The translations under genes were made by a program, and so were the position numbers. A model generated the notes under the pieces. The model saw nothing but the letters and a program-made list of their open reading frames with translations. It ran no database searches and was not told the origin of the DNA. From the human T2T-CHM13v2.0 reference genome, Homo sapiens, in assembly GCF_009914755.1 (NCBI RefSeq), contig NC_060929.1: 64,000 bases of DNA. The stretch is one strand, 5' to 3'. This document shows, in pieces, positions 14,330 through 27,193 of the stretch (positions are counted from its first letter, which is position 1; every line of letters begins with the position of its first letter).

Positions 14330-15022
14330 TTTCTATTATGTATTCTTTTTGTTTGTTTTGGGTGGTAAGGAGAATAAGGGACAAGGAGATTTGCCACAAT
14401 GAATTTCAAATATGTCCATCTGTAGATTATTTCACTGGACTCCTGAAGATGCCCCAGTGATTTTGACGGCAGAGGTGACCAAATTTCTTTGTCAGTAGTG
14501 TTTTTGACTATAACTACTCTAGGACATTTTGACATTCACAGAAAATTGTTGTCTTGTTTTGATCCTCCTCAAAAGATGGATTATACTACTCCATTGCATG
14601 CTTCTGATAACTTTGGAAATTGTGAAAAAGTATTGACTGGGTGGACTGAACTAGTGGAAGACAGAAGTAATCTTTTTTGACTTTTGACTTTTTGTTTGGA
14701 ACATTGCTGATCCTTTGTTTTGTTTTTCAGAGTCAGAGAACCTTTTTTTTTTGAGCCATTTACAGCTTTTGTCAATTGTGAGGTGAACCAACCAGTGACC
14801 CCTGACTGCAGCTCAGAAGAAACAAAAGGGATGGGCCATCAAAATCCAAGCAGTCATAAAACTGGAGTCTCGGACAATGACTCCCTTTTTACTGGGTACC
14901 CTGAGAGGAGCTCTGACTGCTGTTTTCCCCAAAAACAACGCCCTTTGTCAGCATGAAGCAGTTAAGAGTTGTAATTGTCCTTATTCTAATGGCAGTTAGA
15001 TGTACCTCTTGAGAGAGGGGCT
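14330..15022 (+). mobile_element. ERV1 internal remnant (MER4/MER52-int-like) ending in a polypurine tract
   Basis: Internal-type motifs (tgtcagcatgaagcagtta); PPT gagagagggg at 15011-15020 just upstream of the LTR TG. The 5' boundary is approximate. Confidence 0.6.
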
Positions 15023-17245
15023 TGATGGCAGTGGCAGCTGGTCTGAAGTGGTCACTGGCATGACACCAGCTGCAGTGGGTTACAGGCACAGGCTGTGGGT
15101 CCTCAGGTACAGATGTTGAGGGAGGCAGTTCCTGGATCCTGCCCCTGGGAGCCGCCCCGAAACCCACCACCCTGGGAACCTGCCCCTGAGAGCTGCTACA
15201 ATGGTGCCAGGCCAAGCCGCCTGCCAGCAAAAGAGCAGGATGGTCAGGCATGGAGGAGTAGGCAGAGAGGGGCCCCAAAGTGGAGCTGGCCTGGGGCAGA
15301 GCCGGGCTTGCAAATGGAGCATGGGGACTGGGCCCAAGATGCAGATCTGGGCCCATGCTTCAGAGGCCCATGGCAGGAAGTAGCAGTGGTGCCTGCTTTG
15401 AGGACCCAGCCAGTGATGCTGCCACTGCACCCACCCCACCAGCTGAGCCACATTCCTGCACCTCGGGGAAAGGCTCTGTGTGGGGTTGCTCGAGGTTGCA
15501 CACCCAGGACCCACCCTGCATCCACGTGACCACCGAGCTTGATGTTCCCAACAGTCAGGGCAGGGCCCAAGATCCATTCCTGGAGATGTCCCCTAGGAAG
15601 GGCCATGAGCCAGGTGAAGCAGAACCCCAGGCAGCCCCTGAATGCCAGGGCCACAGGAAAAACTCACGGTGAAGTCACCCCTGCCCTGGACACTGGCCAA
15701 GGCCCAGCAAGGACCTGGAGTCCCTGCTGCAGGCTTCAAGGATGCACATCTGGGGCTGCAAGTTTCACAGAGCCAGTGGCTGCCAGGGACAAGCAGGAAC
15801 CCCTCCCCTTCCAAGTTGGTGGGGAAGGAGCTCCCTGGTGCAGCTGCAGCCACCCGGGAGTGGTTGTGGATCCAGGCATCTCTGTACTCTCAGGGGCCTG
15901 GGAAGGCCACCTCCTGCCCCCAAGGACTCAGAAGTGCCTGCTCCAGCTGCCTGGCTTTTCCCTGTTGTTGATGCCCACTCCATTCTCAGAACAAAGTTGG
16001 AGAAAAACCCAGGCACTGTTGCAACCTGACTGGGTATGAGCACACCCAGGGCATAACTGACATGCCAGGCTCCTGCTGCCTCAGTGCCTCTGGACTTTAG
16101 GCATTGATAGGAACAGGAGGGAGACAGATTGGGGGGCCGAGGACAGCCTGGTGCTGGCCTGCAGGTGACCCTTGGTATTAACAGCCTGGGCATCATGAAC
16201 ATCAGCAGGAGGCAGATAGGCACCTGGGTGGAAGGGGGTGGGACCCCGGAAAAGCCCCACCTTCAAGTCAGGGAGGGCCTGATGCATGGAGACCAGGTTG
16301 CCAGTCCTGTGGCCTGGAATGGGGACTCATGGTGCCTTTCTTGGCCTGCCCATGGCTGCCCATGGACCAACTGGTGAACACTTCCTCCCCACTGAGACTC
16401 ATAAAAGCCCAGGACTCAGCCAGACTCAAGGAGATGGGACAATCAACTGCAGAGAGGAGCTGCCCACCCCAGGGTCTCCTCTCTCCTGACAGCAGAGAAG
16501 ACAATGGGATGACCAGCTGCAGAAAGGAACTACCCTCTCTGCTGAGAGCCTAACACTCATTGGGACCACCTGGTTGTGGAGAGGAGCTGCTTACTGCAGA
16601 TCTCCTCTGAGAGGAGCTCAATAAAGTTCCTCTTCATCTTACACACCCTCCACTTGTCTGTGTACCTCATTCTTCCTAGATGCAAGACAATAACTGGGGA
16701 CCTGCCAAATGGTGGGACTAAAAGAGCTGTAACACAGACAGGGCTGAAACACGCTCCTTGCATGCCATATTGCAGGCCACAGAAGGAGAGAAGAGAGAAG
16801 AGCTGCAGCCTATCAGGGAGCCTAGACCTAGGAGGTCCCTGAGCCAGGGCTGTGACATGCTCTTTAGGGCTCTGTGGTTCCTGGCATCTCTAAGCTTCTG
16901 AGTGCTACACCACATTCCCCAGTGCCAGCCATGGAAGCTGCTAACAGTATGCACAGTCCAGCTCCAGACTTGTAGTGAGCTGGCACCCATGTTGGTGCCT
17001 GGAGCTGCCCACCCCATCGCAACCTGTGTGCAGTGGCCAGACCCCACGCTCAGTCACACATCCCTGTCCACTCCATGCCTGGCTTGCCCTTGGCAGGTAT
17101 GGGATTCAGACCAGTAGCAGAAGCTGAATGCAGCCTGCCAGGCCAAGTGGGTGGAACAAACCCAGCAGGCTAGAGCAAAACTCGGCAAATGCACCACTGG
17201 CCACAGAGATTTCTGGCTGGTGAAGCAACTCCCCGAGCATTAATA
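15023..17245 (+). mobile_element. MER52-family long LTR (~2.2 kb, MER52D-like)
   Basis: Starts tgatggcagtggcagc after the PPT; GC-rich but CpG-decayed; cataaaa at ~16400 and AATAAA at ~16620; ends ...ctggccacagagatttctggctgg. Confidence 0.85.
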
Positions 17246-17630
17246 GTTTCACACTGTATATTTGTAGGTGCTGGTTTTTGTGTCTTCCCCTTAAACAGAT
17301 TACACGTTAATTTAAATTCTGTGAAAGCAAGTAGTTCTATTTTACCTCTATTTATCTATATCTATATACATAGATAGACACATGGATACCTATAAGGGCC
17401 TGATTCACAGTAGACATTTGATAAATGTATATTTTTAGTTCATGTATAAGAATTTGGGATAAATGATGATGAAAATGCAGTGTTAATTCATTGTTTTTAA
17501 TGAGTTTTAGAGGTATTTTATCTGCATGTCTCATAGCCAAATGACAAGGCATGTATATTCTGTCTTTGTAACTTGTAAATTAGGGAAATTACACTACCTA
17601 CTGCATAGTAATGTTGAGAAGAGTGATGAA

Positions 17631-17656
17631 CACACACACACACACACACACACACA
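17631..17656. repeat. (CA)13 microsatellite within a MIR-like relic
   Basis: Perfect CA run read directly. Confidence 0.95.
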
Positions 17657-18809
17657 TCTAGTTTTAAACAGTTCCTGAGACATAAGTGATACATAAATAT
17701 AACTTACTAAATGAGTTGTTTTATTTTAAAGCTATAATTATTTATCTTGAGCACCAGTCCTGCACAGACAATAGAATGTACTCTGTTCAAATGCAGTTAT
17801 TTTCATATTGCTGCTGATAATTTAATTTCCTCTACTAGAAAGCTAAACAGAATAATGGAGAAACTAAAAAATGCTTTTCTCTTTTGGTCCTTTTTCTCTA
17901 GCATAGAGGAAGCTTGGACCTTAAACTGAGTATTTAATGTAAATATTGAAAGTCAAAGATGCCCTTGACCCCTCCCACCAAAATTCACCCCTAAATAAAG
18001 ACTTATTGAAAGAAACTTGTGGCAATATATTTTATATTGCATTTATTAATGAACATATAATTACGTTTAAGATCTCCTTTGAACTTCATGTTGAAAGAAA
18101 GAACTTTTGTATTATCAAGGGTTTTGGTATTGTTAACACACTTCCACCAATTCTTTTTCACATTAACTCATATGGGTTTTATAGTGAAACCTACACTTTT
18201 GGCATAATCAGTACTCTCAGGGAGATTAGTGAAGAAAGAAAAACATCAACATCAACTTTCCACAAGACTGTTTTTCAATTCTATTCCAAACTTACATATT
18301 TTCATTTAACACCAATAAAATAGACAAGTTATACTCAAAAACTTTTCAAAAGGTTGTTGAATTTTTATTCCCAAAGCCACAAAAATAGTCTAATTGATTT
18401 AAGAATAATGAAACCTTTTAAACAAAATTAATTCCTACACTTTTATATTAATATATTTTAATGAAACTCACAGAATCAGATTATACAATTTAATCTAATA
18501 ACAGGATTACTATATAATAATAAAAATATTGTTTCACATATTTCCCTTCTGTATAATATTGAACACTATAATATTTAACTTTAGTAAGAAGTAATATTAT
18601 TGTAGGGATCCTAAATATGTATTCAGAACCTTTATTTTAACATTTTGTTTGTATATGAAAATAATTGATAGTCCACTTCCTTAATACCCACTCCAGTCAA
18701 AGGGCTTTCACATATATGCAAAGATTTCTAAGCAATCAATTGCAGTTTGATGATTGAATAGAACAATATCCATTTAAAAATACAATTTTAAGGAAATCAG
18801 TGCATAAAA

Positions 18810-19410
18810 ATGATACCTGCAACCCTCATGTTTCTTGCAGCTCTATTCACAGTAGCCTAGGTGTGGAATCAACCTAAATGTCCATCGATGGATTAATGAA
18901 TTTTTAAAATGTGGTATAAAATAAGGAGTACCATTCAGCCATAAAAAACGATGAAATTCTGTTATATGCAGCAACATGGCTGGAACTAGAGGCTATTATG
19001 CTAAGTGAAATAAGCAAGGCATAGAAGGACAAAATTTGCATATTCTCACTGATATCTGGGACCTAAAACAATTAATCTGGATGTAGAGAGTAGTACGATG
19101 ATAGTTACCAGAGGCTGGGAAGGATGAAGGGGTGGGATGAATAGATGCTAGTTAATGGATACAAACATACCGATAGATAAGATTTAATTCTTGTGTTCAA
19201 TAGCACAGTAGGGTGACTACAGTTAACAATAATATATTACATATTTCAAAGTAGCTAGAAGATTTAAAATGTTTTTGTCACAAAGGAATAATAAATGTTT
19301 GACGTAATGAATGTTCCAGTAACTCAGATTTAATTCCTACACATGGTATGCATGTATCAAAATATCACCATAACCCATAAATATGTAGAATTATGTATTA
19401 ATAAAAATAA
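18810..19410 (+). mobile_element. L1MA-type LINE-1 3' end fragment
   Basis: ORF2 C-terminal and 3'UTR motifs (tattcacagtagcc, ctaaatgtccatc, agtgaaataagc, tagcacagtagggtgactacagttaacaataa) and an A-rich end. Confidence 0.85.
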
Positions 19411-19609
19411 ACTATTAATCAAAAGTTCCCACATATACAAAGAATAAAAAACAATTATACCACAAATGATATTTACAAGTTTATTTAACCAAAATTTTAA
19501 AACATATAAAACCCTTTCCTCCTAGAAAATTTTCCCATTAGTATAAGTTCTTCTGTTCAACTTAATAATGGATATGGTAAAAGAGAATTGAACTGAGCAG
19601 TTAAATAGA

Positions 19610-20159
19610 TGTGACGGTTAATACTGAGTGTCAACTTAATTGGATTGAAGGATACAAAGTATTGTTCCTGGGGGTGTCTGAAAGGGTGTTGTCAAAGGAG
19701 ATTAACATTCGAGTCAGTGGACTGGGAGAGGCAGAACCACCGTCAGTCTGGGTGGGAATCATTTAATCAGCTGCCAGCATGGCTAGAATAAAGCAGACAG
19801 AAGAACGGGAAGACTAGACTTGCTGAGTCTTCCAGACTTCATCTTTCTCCCACGCTGCATGCTTCCTGCCCTCGAACATCAGATTGCAAGTTCTTCTGTT
19901 TTTGGACTCTTGGACTTACAACAGTGGTGTGCCAGGGGGTCTCAGGCCTTTGGCCACAGATTGAAGGCTGCACTGTTGGCTTCCCTTCCTTGGGGACTTG
20001 GACTGATCTACCACTGCTTTCCTTGCTCCTCAACTTGCAGACAGCCTATTGTGGATATTTACCTTGTGATTGTGTGAGTCAGTTCTCCTTAATAAACTCC
20101 CTTTCATATATACATCTATACTATTAGCTCTGTCCTTCTAGAGAACCCTGACTAATACA
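19610..20159 (+). mobile_element. MLT2A (HERVL) solo LTR, MLT2A2-like, 550 bp
   Basis: tgtgacggttaatactgagtgtcaac...ctagagaaccctgactaataca with TG...CA termini; flanks ataga/atagg (4/5 TSD match). It appears to sit inside an older LTR that continues to ~20650. Confidence 0.9.
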
Positions 20160-20828
20160 ATAGGCAACGGAGATTTTATTCAAGACCATTGCAAAAGGCA
20201 AGCAGAAGAGTTTCTGAGCATGAGTGAGTCAATGAAAAGGTACTGGAGGGCTTTGGGTTGGTGTGGGGGTGGTGTTGGTCTTTGTGATTAAGCCATCTGT
20301 GTTTGATAATTGGCCCCTATGGAAGTTAGGCCCCTGCAGTCTCACAATGACTGGAAAACAGGGGCTCTATCTTTCCTAATGATAACCTTTTAAAGGGATG
20401 GCCTGAAGGTCCATGAGAAGGACATTCCTGGGATGTGAAACTGGCAAGAGACTTTTAAAAATGCTTATATCTCAAAGAGGCAGAGAAAAAATTTACAACG
20501 TTTTCTAAAGAAAATCCTCTATAAAGATGAAATTCAGAGGCCTATAGTCCAGGTTAAAACAAACAAACAAACAAACAAAAAAACAAACAAACAAAAAACT
20601 GTCTAAATATTTAGTCAAGCTAAGGGAAACTTTCAGCCTGCCTTGCTCAATACAATGACTATTGCCATAAAACAAGACAAAGGCATGTGAGAGAGAAGGT
20701 AGAAATTAAGATGTAGATTATTATAATAAGCTGCACATATAGATGCAACCTATCAAAGGAATTGAGTAGTTTTCCCCATACCAAGCAAAATCCACACTGA
20801 AAATAAAATAAAAAATGAGGTAGAGTCA

Positions 20829-21069
20829 GGCTTGTAACCCCAGCACTTTGGGAGACCAAGACAGGAGGATTGGTTAAGGCCAAGAGTTTGAGACCAGCCT
20901 GGGGAATATAGGAAGTTCCCATCTCCACCAAAACTTCTAAAAATTAGCCAGGCATGGTGGTGTGTTCCTGTAGTCCTAGCCAATCACAGAGCCCAGGAGT
21001 TCCAAGTGTCAGTGAACTATGATGGCACCACTACATTCTAGCCTGGGCAACAGAAGGAGACACTGTCTC
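20829..21069 (+). mobile_element. AluJ (partial, internally deleted)
   Basis: Forward Alu arms with J-type gagcccaggagttccaag; no poly-A tail. Confidence 0.85.
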
Positions 21070-21070
21070 T

Positions 21071-21074
21071 ATTT

Positions 21075-21121
<47 letters not shown>

Positions 21122-21398
21122 TTGGAGATGCAGTCTCACTCTGTCACTCAGGCTGGAGTGCAGTGGTACAATCTTGGCTCACTGCAACTTCCGTCTCCTG
21201 GATTCAAGTGATTCTCAGCCTCCCAAGTAGCTGGGATTACAGGCATGTACCACCACGTCTAGCTCCTGTTGGTATTTTTACTAGAGATGGGGTTTCATCG
21301 TGTTGGCCAGGCTGATTTGAACTCCTGACCTCAGGTGATCCCCCCACCTAGGCCTCCAAAAGTACTGGAATTACAGGTGTGAGCCACCACACCCAGCC
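21071..21398 (-). mobile_element. AluS (Sx-like) with (TTTA)n tail
   Basis: Reverse Alu with cctgacctcaggtgatcc; (TTTA)n tail at 21071-21123. Confidence 0.9.
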
Positions 21399-22985
21399 TA
21401 TTTTTTTTTTTTTAAGACAGAAAGAATCCAAACGATAGAAAAAATAGGATATATCTGGAAATAATATATAACACATCACATAATATAAAGCATAAGTTTT
21501 TAATAGAAAAAAATAAAACTCTAGAAAGCACCTGCAAGAATACTTCATAAATAGAGAATGTGTACCATGTGTATGTAAAAGGAGACATAACAAATCAAAA
21601 AGTCAATTTTCTCTAACCTAATGAAGGTCCATCAGTAACTAAATCAATTTTATAAAACTTTATTGTTTTTAACAAATCATCATGATCTGATTTAAAAAGG
21701 AAAATCTGATATATTAGTTTTTCTAAAATTAAAAAATATTATTTGTTGCGCTTAATCCATTGGAAATTTTTGTTTATTTGTAATATAAAATAAAGGTTTT
21801 TTAAAAGTTTTTAAAAAGTTATTTTCCCAAGCAGTGTTTATTGAACCATCTCTCCTCCTCCTCACTTGGAGTGCCAAAACTGACTTTGTTATTATGTCAA
21901 TAAATTTCTATATTCTCTTTAAATGCTCTATTTGTTTATCCCTGAGGCAACATCACACTTACTTATATTTTATAGCTTTAAAATAGCACTGATATCTAGT
22001 CGGGCAACTTTTGCCACACCTATTGCTTTCCCTTTCTCAGAATTTTCCTAATTTGTATTGACTCTTACTATTTCCATATGAATTTAAGAGCACTGTTATT
22101 TATTATGAAAAAATAAATTCACTCAGATCTCTGCTCAAGGGTCACCTCACCTAAGTCTGCATAGTTGTTTTACTTTTCTACATGGGTTTGACGCATGTGT
22201 GTGAGTGTGCACATGCGTGTGTGCATGTAAGACATTCCGTAGTATATTGTGTGTAGCATATGAATTTTATATTTCCTATTATATATTAACATGCCTTGTT
22301 TATTTGTCTACCTGTTTGAAAAGCTCTTTGATGGCAGAGATTTTGTCAATTTTGATTGTTGTTATGTATCCAACATAAACAACATTCCCCAGCATGCAAA
22401 AAGCTCTAAATAAATACACATTAAATGAATAATATCTATCACATCCACCCACTCTCACTCCAAATACTTATTACAGGAATACAGACTTTCAACCAAAGCT
22501 CACCTAGTATTCTCCTGATGACTGTTATTGATCCAGAAACGGCATGTGACCTAAGCTGGCCTATTCAAACTGAAAGATTTTGTTCCCTTAATAGGGGAAG
22601 TGCCTTCCTCAATCTCCCACAGGTAGAAAAGATAAAGTGTATGACCTCAGATGCTGGGATGCTGCTGATAGATTCTTTGTGACAATGAGGAAAATTACCC
22701 TGAAGATAAAGATTCAAAAGAAGGCAGGACAGAGTCACTAGCAGGAATCATAACATAGAAATAGGCCCTGAACTCAGGACCTGTATATCTTACCTTTTAG
22801 ATTACAGATATTTTTAATTGAATAAGCAGATGAACTAGAGTTTAATATTGCTTGCACTTGAAAACACCTTACTGGAGTGTTTTCCTTCAAATTTTCCTTC
22901 AAAAAGAATTTGAAATGACTGATTTTTTCCTAAAAACTTTCAAAAACTGGTTAGTGGCTCTACACAAAATAAGAGAAACAGAAAC

Positions 22986-23022
22986 ACATCATCATCATCA
23001 TTATCGTCATGATCATCATCAC
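22986..23022. repeat. Imperfect (CAT)n trinucleotide repeat
   Basis: catcatcatcatcattatcgtcatgatcatcatcac read directly. Confidence 0.85.
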
Positions 23023-23732
23023 ATGGCCATTGGTCATCTCAGTTCTTGAAAGTCAGCATAAGATTATAATCCAGGTTACAGGCTCCAGATCCAAATGAAG
23101 TTTCTAAGTTAAAATTTCAGCCATATTACTTGTGTGTATTCTACTTTTGAGCAAATTTCTAAGACTCATTTTCTTTGGAAATTTTTGAAACTTCAAAATG
23201 TGTTATTAGTGGTAATATAGTAAATGCTGGGAGAGAAAGGTTACAGGCTATTACTTAGGAATTGGGAGATATTTATTGGGGTCTAATGTAAACTTGACAA
23301 TACATGCAACATTGGTCAAATAGCGACTGATTTGATAAAAGGAAGAAATATAGTAGGAAAAATAAAAGAGAAAAAATCCTCACATTTTTTGGCTTTGAAT
23401 GTATTATTGTTTTCTTTGTTGAATAGAAGCTGGCTTCTGAAAGGACTCAATGTAAATGCTTAATTACTGGTAGTTTTGTTATTTTCTCTTTAAATGTGAT
23501 TTCAATGTTGAACTTGGGTCATAAATATATTTTTTAAATACAATGTAGTTACTTTGTAAAATTATGTATTCCACATTACACATATGAAGACAAGAAATTG
23601 TAGACCCTGCAAAAAACTTGTTCCCTGGGTTGCAAGTAACAAATAAATCATGATGCTAGATTTATTATCTGTTAATCACATTGAACGTCTATCACGCAAA
23701 GCCTGTAGTCTGTTACAAAATGTGCTTTTGAG

Positions 23733-23886
23733 GGCTGGGTGCAGTGGTTCACACCTATAATTCCAGCCCCTTGGGAGGCTGAGGCAGGAGGATCCCTTGA
23801 TCTCAGAAGCTAGAAGTTACAGTGAGTTGTGATTGTGCCACTGCATTCCAGCCTGGAAGACAAAGCAAGACCTTGTCTCCTAAAAA
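23733..23886 (+). mobile_element. Monomeric Alu (FRAM/FAM-like)
   Basis: Single ~150-bp arm: ggctgggtgcagtgg...ccactgcattccagcctgg...ccttgtctc. Confidence 0.8.
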
Positions 23887-23899
23887 TGTATTTGTTTCA

Positions 23900-24420
23900 C
23901 TTTTAATGAGATAGGTAGGATGTCATTATGGGCTATAGAATAGAGGAGTGACACAATCTGGGAAGAGTTGAGTGTGGAAGCAGAAGGGTTGGTTAGTGAT
24001 TACGAGGTATTCCTGGAGATGGATAATATTGACTTGGATCACTGCAGAGGTGGTGAGAAATGTTCAAGTTTTTCCTATTGTTTGATAGGCAAAGCAACTA
24101 CATTTGCTGATGTATTGTATGTTAGGAGGTGACAGAAGAAAATCAAGATGACTCCAAGTTTTGAGGCTAAAAACCTGGAATAAAGGAATTAAACTTTACT
24201 TACATAGAAAATATATGTAGCAGGAGTGTTGGGGGAGGTAGGTAAAGAGTATGTTTTGAAATTTCTTTGGATGTCCAGTTGGAGGTGTTCATGAGAAGGG
24301 AGTTGAATACAAGGATATGGGTTTATGGGAGCAATGAGATGTGGAATTATAAAGCTGGGTTTTTTTAAGCATATATAATATTTAAAGCCATGAAACCAGA
24401 TGAAATTGCATGGCAAAGAA
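23900..24420 (-). mobile_element. L2 LINE remnant
   Basis: aatcaagatgactccaagttttg, ggatgtccagttggag and tttaaagccatga are reverse L2 motifs. Confidence 0.65.
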
Positions 24421-24899
24421 CAAAACAACTGACTGGAAAGCTGGGGAGTATCTCCAGTAACTGTAATACAAATATTTTTTATAAATACAAAAGCGGCTAT
24501 TATTTCATGCTCGGGTAGTACAAATGGATAAGTGATGAGTAGGTTTCCCCAGTGTTGTGACCTTATCACATTGTGATGTTGGAAGAAAAGCAAGAAAGAG
24601 AAACCAAACAAGAAAAAGCAAAGATAGTGAGGGAAAAGTCAGAGACAAAAGGTTGCATCTCTAAGAAATGTATAAGACAATACGGAAGATTGTATTAATT
24701 TCCCATGAATAATGAGTGAAAGTTTTCATAGCATTCATATCTATAGGTTTGATTGAGTTTGTTGATTATAGTGGGAATTTATGGTATTCTACCTGATTCC
24801 CTTGACCTGTAGATGTAATCATCTGCAAGCTTTTGCAACAGCTGAAAATACGGGCTTAAAAAGTACAGGTTTCTCCAGAAGCGCATTTTCTCAGAAAAT

Positions 24900-26550
24900 C
24901 ATGCACACCAGATTCCTTACTTCAGCCTCTGTTTTCAGGAATGACTACCTAAGGTGGATTCTGGATACATTTTGAAGATAAGGCTGATACGATTAGCTCG
25001 TAGTTTAGTTCTGAAAAGTGAGTAAAAGATATGATCAAGGATGCCTTTGATATACGATCCCAGAGAAGAAATGCTAAAGATGAGTTGATGGATTTAGCTC
25101 ACTCACCAGCTGGATAAAACTAAAGCCACTTTCACTGAGGTAGGTACAACATCGATATTCCCTGGTATTCTGTAGCTGTAGAAACATTAAGATGTGCACC
25201 TGTGTTGAACTAGGATGAGATACACAGAATGGAATGTACTGATTTGTATGATATTTATGATACTGCTGGGACTAGAGATATATAGGTAGTAGTAATTATT
25301 AGGACCATGCAATCAATTGACTGTTACTGAGCACCAGTAATATTCTGAAAGAGAAAAATGTTAGACTCAAAGAAATTCATCATGCATGCAAAGAAAAATG
25401 TGGCACCCACAAGTCCTCCTGATCAGCAAAAAGTCCTCGTCTACTGTAGTTGAATGGCTGAACACCACACACAGGTCCTATTTATGAGAAGCAGAACATC
25501 AGTAAAGGCTGAATTTTTTAGCTTTGCAAATCTACTATGCCAAAGTCTGGGCCCTGAACAGAGAAGAAGTAAGAACCTGAAATATATCATAGCCGATGAC
25601 TGAGAAACGGGAAGGCCCAAAATCCTCCAAAGGCATGGATCTGCAGGAACAGCCCATTCTTCGTTAGATGAAAGAGCCCTCTGCTTCGCTTGCTTGAAGA
25701 CTAGGCAGAAGCTTCAAATGAGGCAGTATCATACAAGATAATGCTTGCCCTTTTAATTATATGCCCCAGTTATACTCCTGGCAATGAAACCACTAATTAG
25801 GGTGAAAACTCAGTCTGACTTAGCAGGGAAATCAATGAACCTGCCTAAAGGAAGAATGGAGTTACATAGTAAAGTAGCTGCTGAACCTGAATAATATGTA
25901 CTGGCACAAACATGGAGCATATTCATAGGAATGGTTCTGAATCCAGGGATTTAAAAGTTAATCTATAACTGAACGAGTCTGTCAAAAAGAGTCACTCTTT
26001 TATATCACATTATTTAAATTGCTAACAAGAGAATGAGGGGCCAGGTATAATATTCTTCAAGGATGCATTTTAGAGACTTAAAGAAACAGTCCCTATGAAA
26101 TGAAGCAGAGTTTTCAGAAGCCCTGTGGAAGACTGTGGAAGATGGGTCAAGAAGTTCAGAGAACTGGCCTTAAAAGAATGACTCTACTGTATAAAATCTG
26201 AAACCCACCAGCTGACTGTGTTTCCTGGGCACAGGAGGACACTGTGTTATGGTGGCAATGAGGAAACAAAAGCATTGAGAATGTGATTGGTGGCTGATCT
26301 GTGTAGTGCAGTGCTTACAGAAGTATATTCTGTTATAGAAATTGCATACCTAATAACAAGAAAATGATTGGAAGCTGTGCGCTCAGAGGCCAATGGAATC
26401 CTGTAACCATTAGCAGCAAGGTGGGTGGAATAACCCTAATCAATAACCAGTTAGAAATGGCTGACACAGAGTAACCTTTTCCTCTGGTATGTATGGATGT
26501 GGATAGAAAGAAATAGACTTCCTTGGGACAAATTATTTGAACAACCAATA
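24900..26550 (+). mobile_element. Highly degenerate ERVL/MaLR internal region
   Basis: LTR-end-like ttcagcctctgtttt followed by gag-like degenerate sequence (taaccattagcagcaaggtggg); no open frame. Confidence 0.45.
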
Positions 26551-27193
26551 AGAAAATTGTGTAATAACTTTAGCTATAGATATTATTGTCAGGGCCAACT
26601 CTGTTGATATGACTTTGATGATCAGATGCATGTTAATTCTGGAAACTGATGAGTAACTCATTACTTTCCATTGAAGTAATTTCCTTCTGCTCATAGATGG
26701 TAGATCTGTTTGGTTTATTATATAAACTCATTTAAGCCCCAAACTCAGACTCATTTTACCACTCTCTTACACATAATCTACAATTCCCCAAACCTGAATA
26801 TCACTTCAATTAAAAATCCTCATAACATTAAATAAATTTCTCCTTTGGATTGAAATTTATCTAGTGCAACCTCTGAAACCTACATTGGTAGAGTTTCATA
26901 ATTCTTTCCCTTTTCAACGACCTGTGACAAAGGCATGCTGGATATTTCCATGTCTGGTTATAAGCCATTATGACAAATTGTCTCTTCAATAATTTTATTT
27001 TACTCTTCACTTATCTGTATTATAATGTATGGCATAACTGAAGTGGCCTGAAAATATCATGTACTTTTCTAAAGATTACTACCAATTCTCCAACACTGAT
27101 TAAAACTGTATGATATATAGTTCTATATAAATATGCATATACATACATATCTATATAACTATGCCTATAGTTATACTACTACTACTTTCCCAG

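Noticed and set aside
14889-17117. Dense cluster of overlapping 60-166 aa ORFs on both strands
   Set aside because: They lie within the GC-rich MER52 LTR, where stop codons are rare; the Pro/Gly/Ala-rich translations show no recognisable domain.
15023-17245. Possible CpG-island promoter
   Set aside because: GC-rich but visibly CpG-depleted (TG/CA-rich), consistent with a methylated LTR.
17946-18323. 125-aa ORF in unique AT-rich DNA
   Set aside because: Non-ATG start, composition typical of AT-rich non-coding DNA (F/I/K/N-rich), no recognisable homology.
22852-23049. ORF with a poly-His tract
   Set aside because: The His run comes from a (CAT)n microsatellite, and the ORF has a non-ATG start and no other coding signal.
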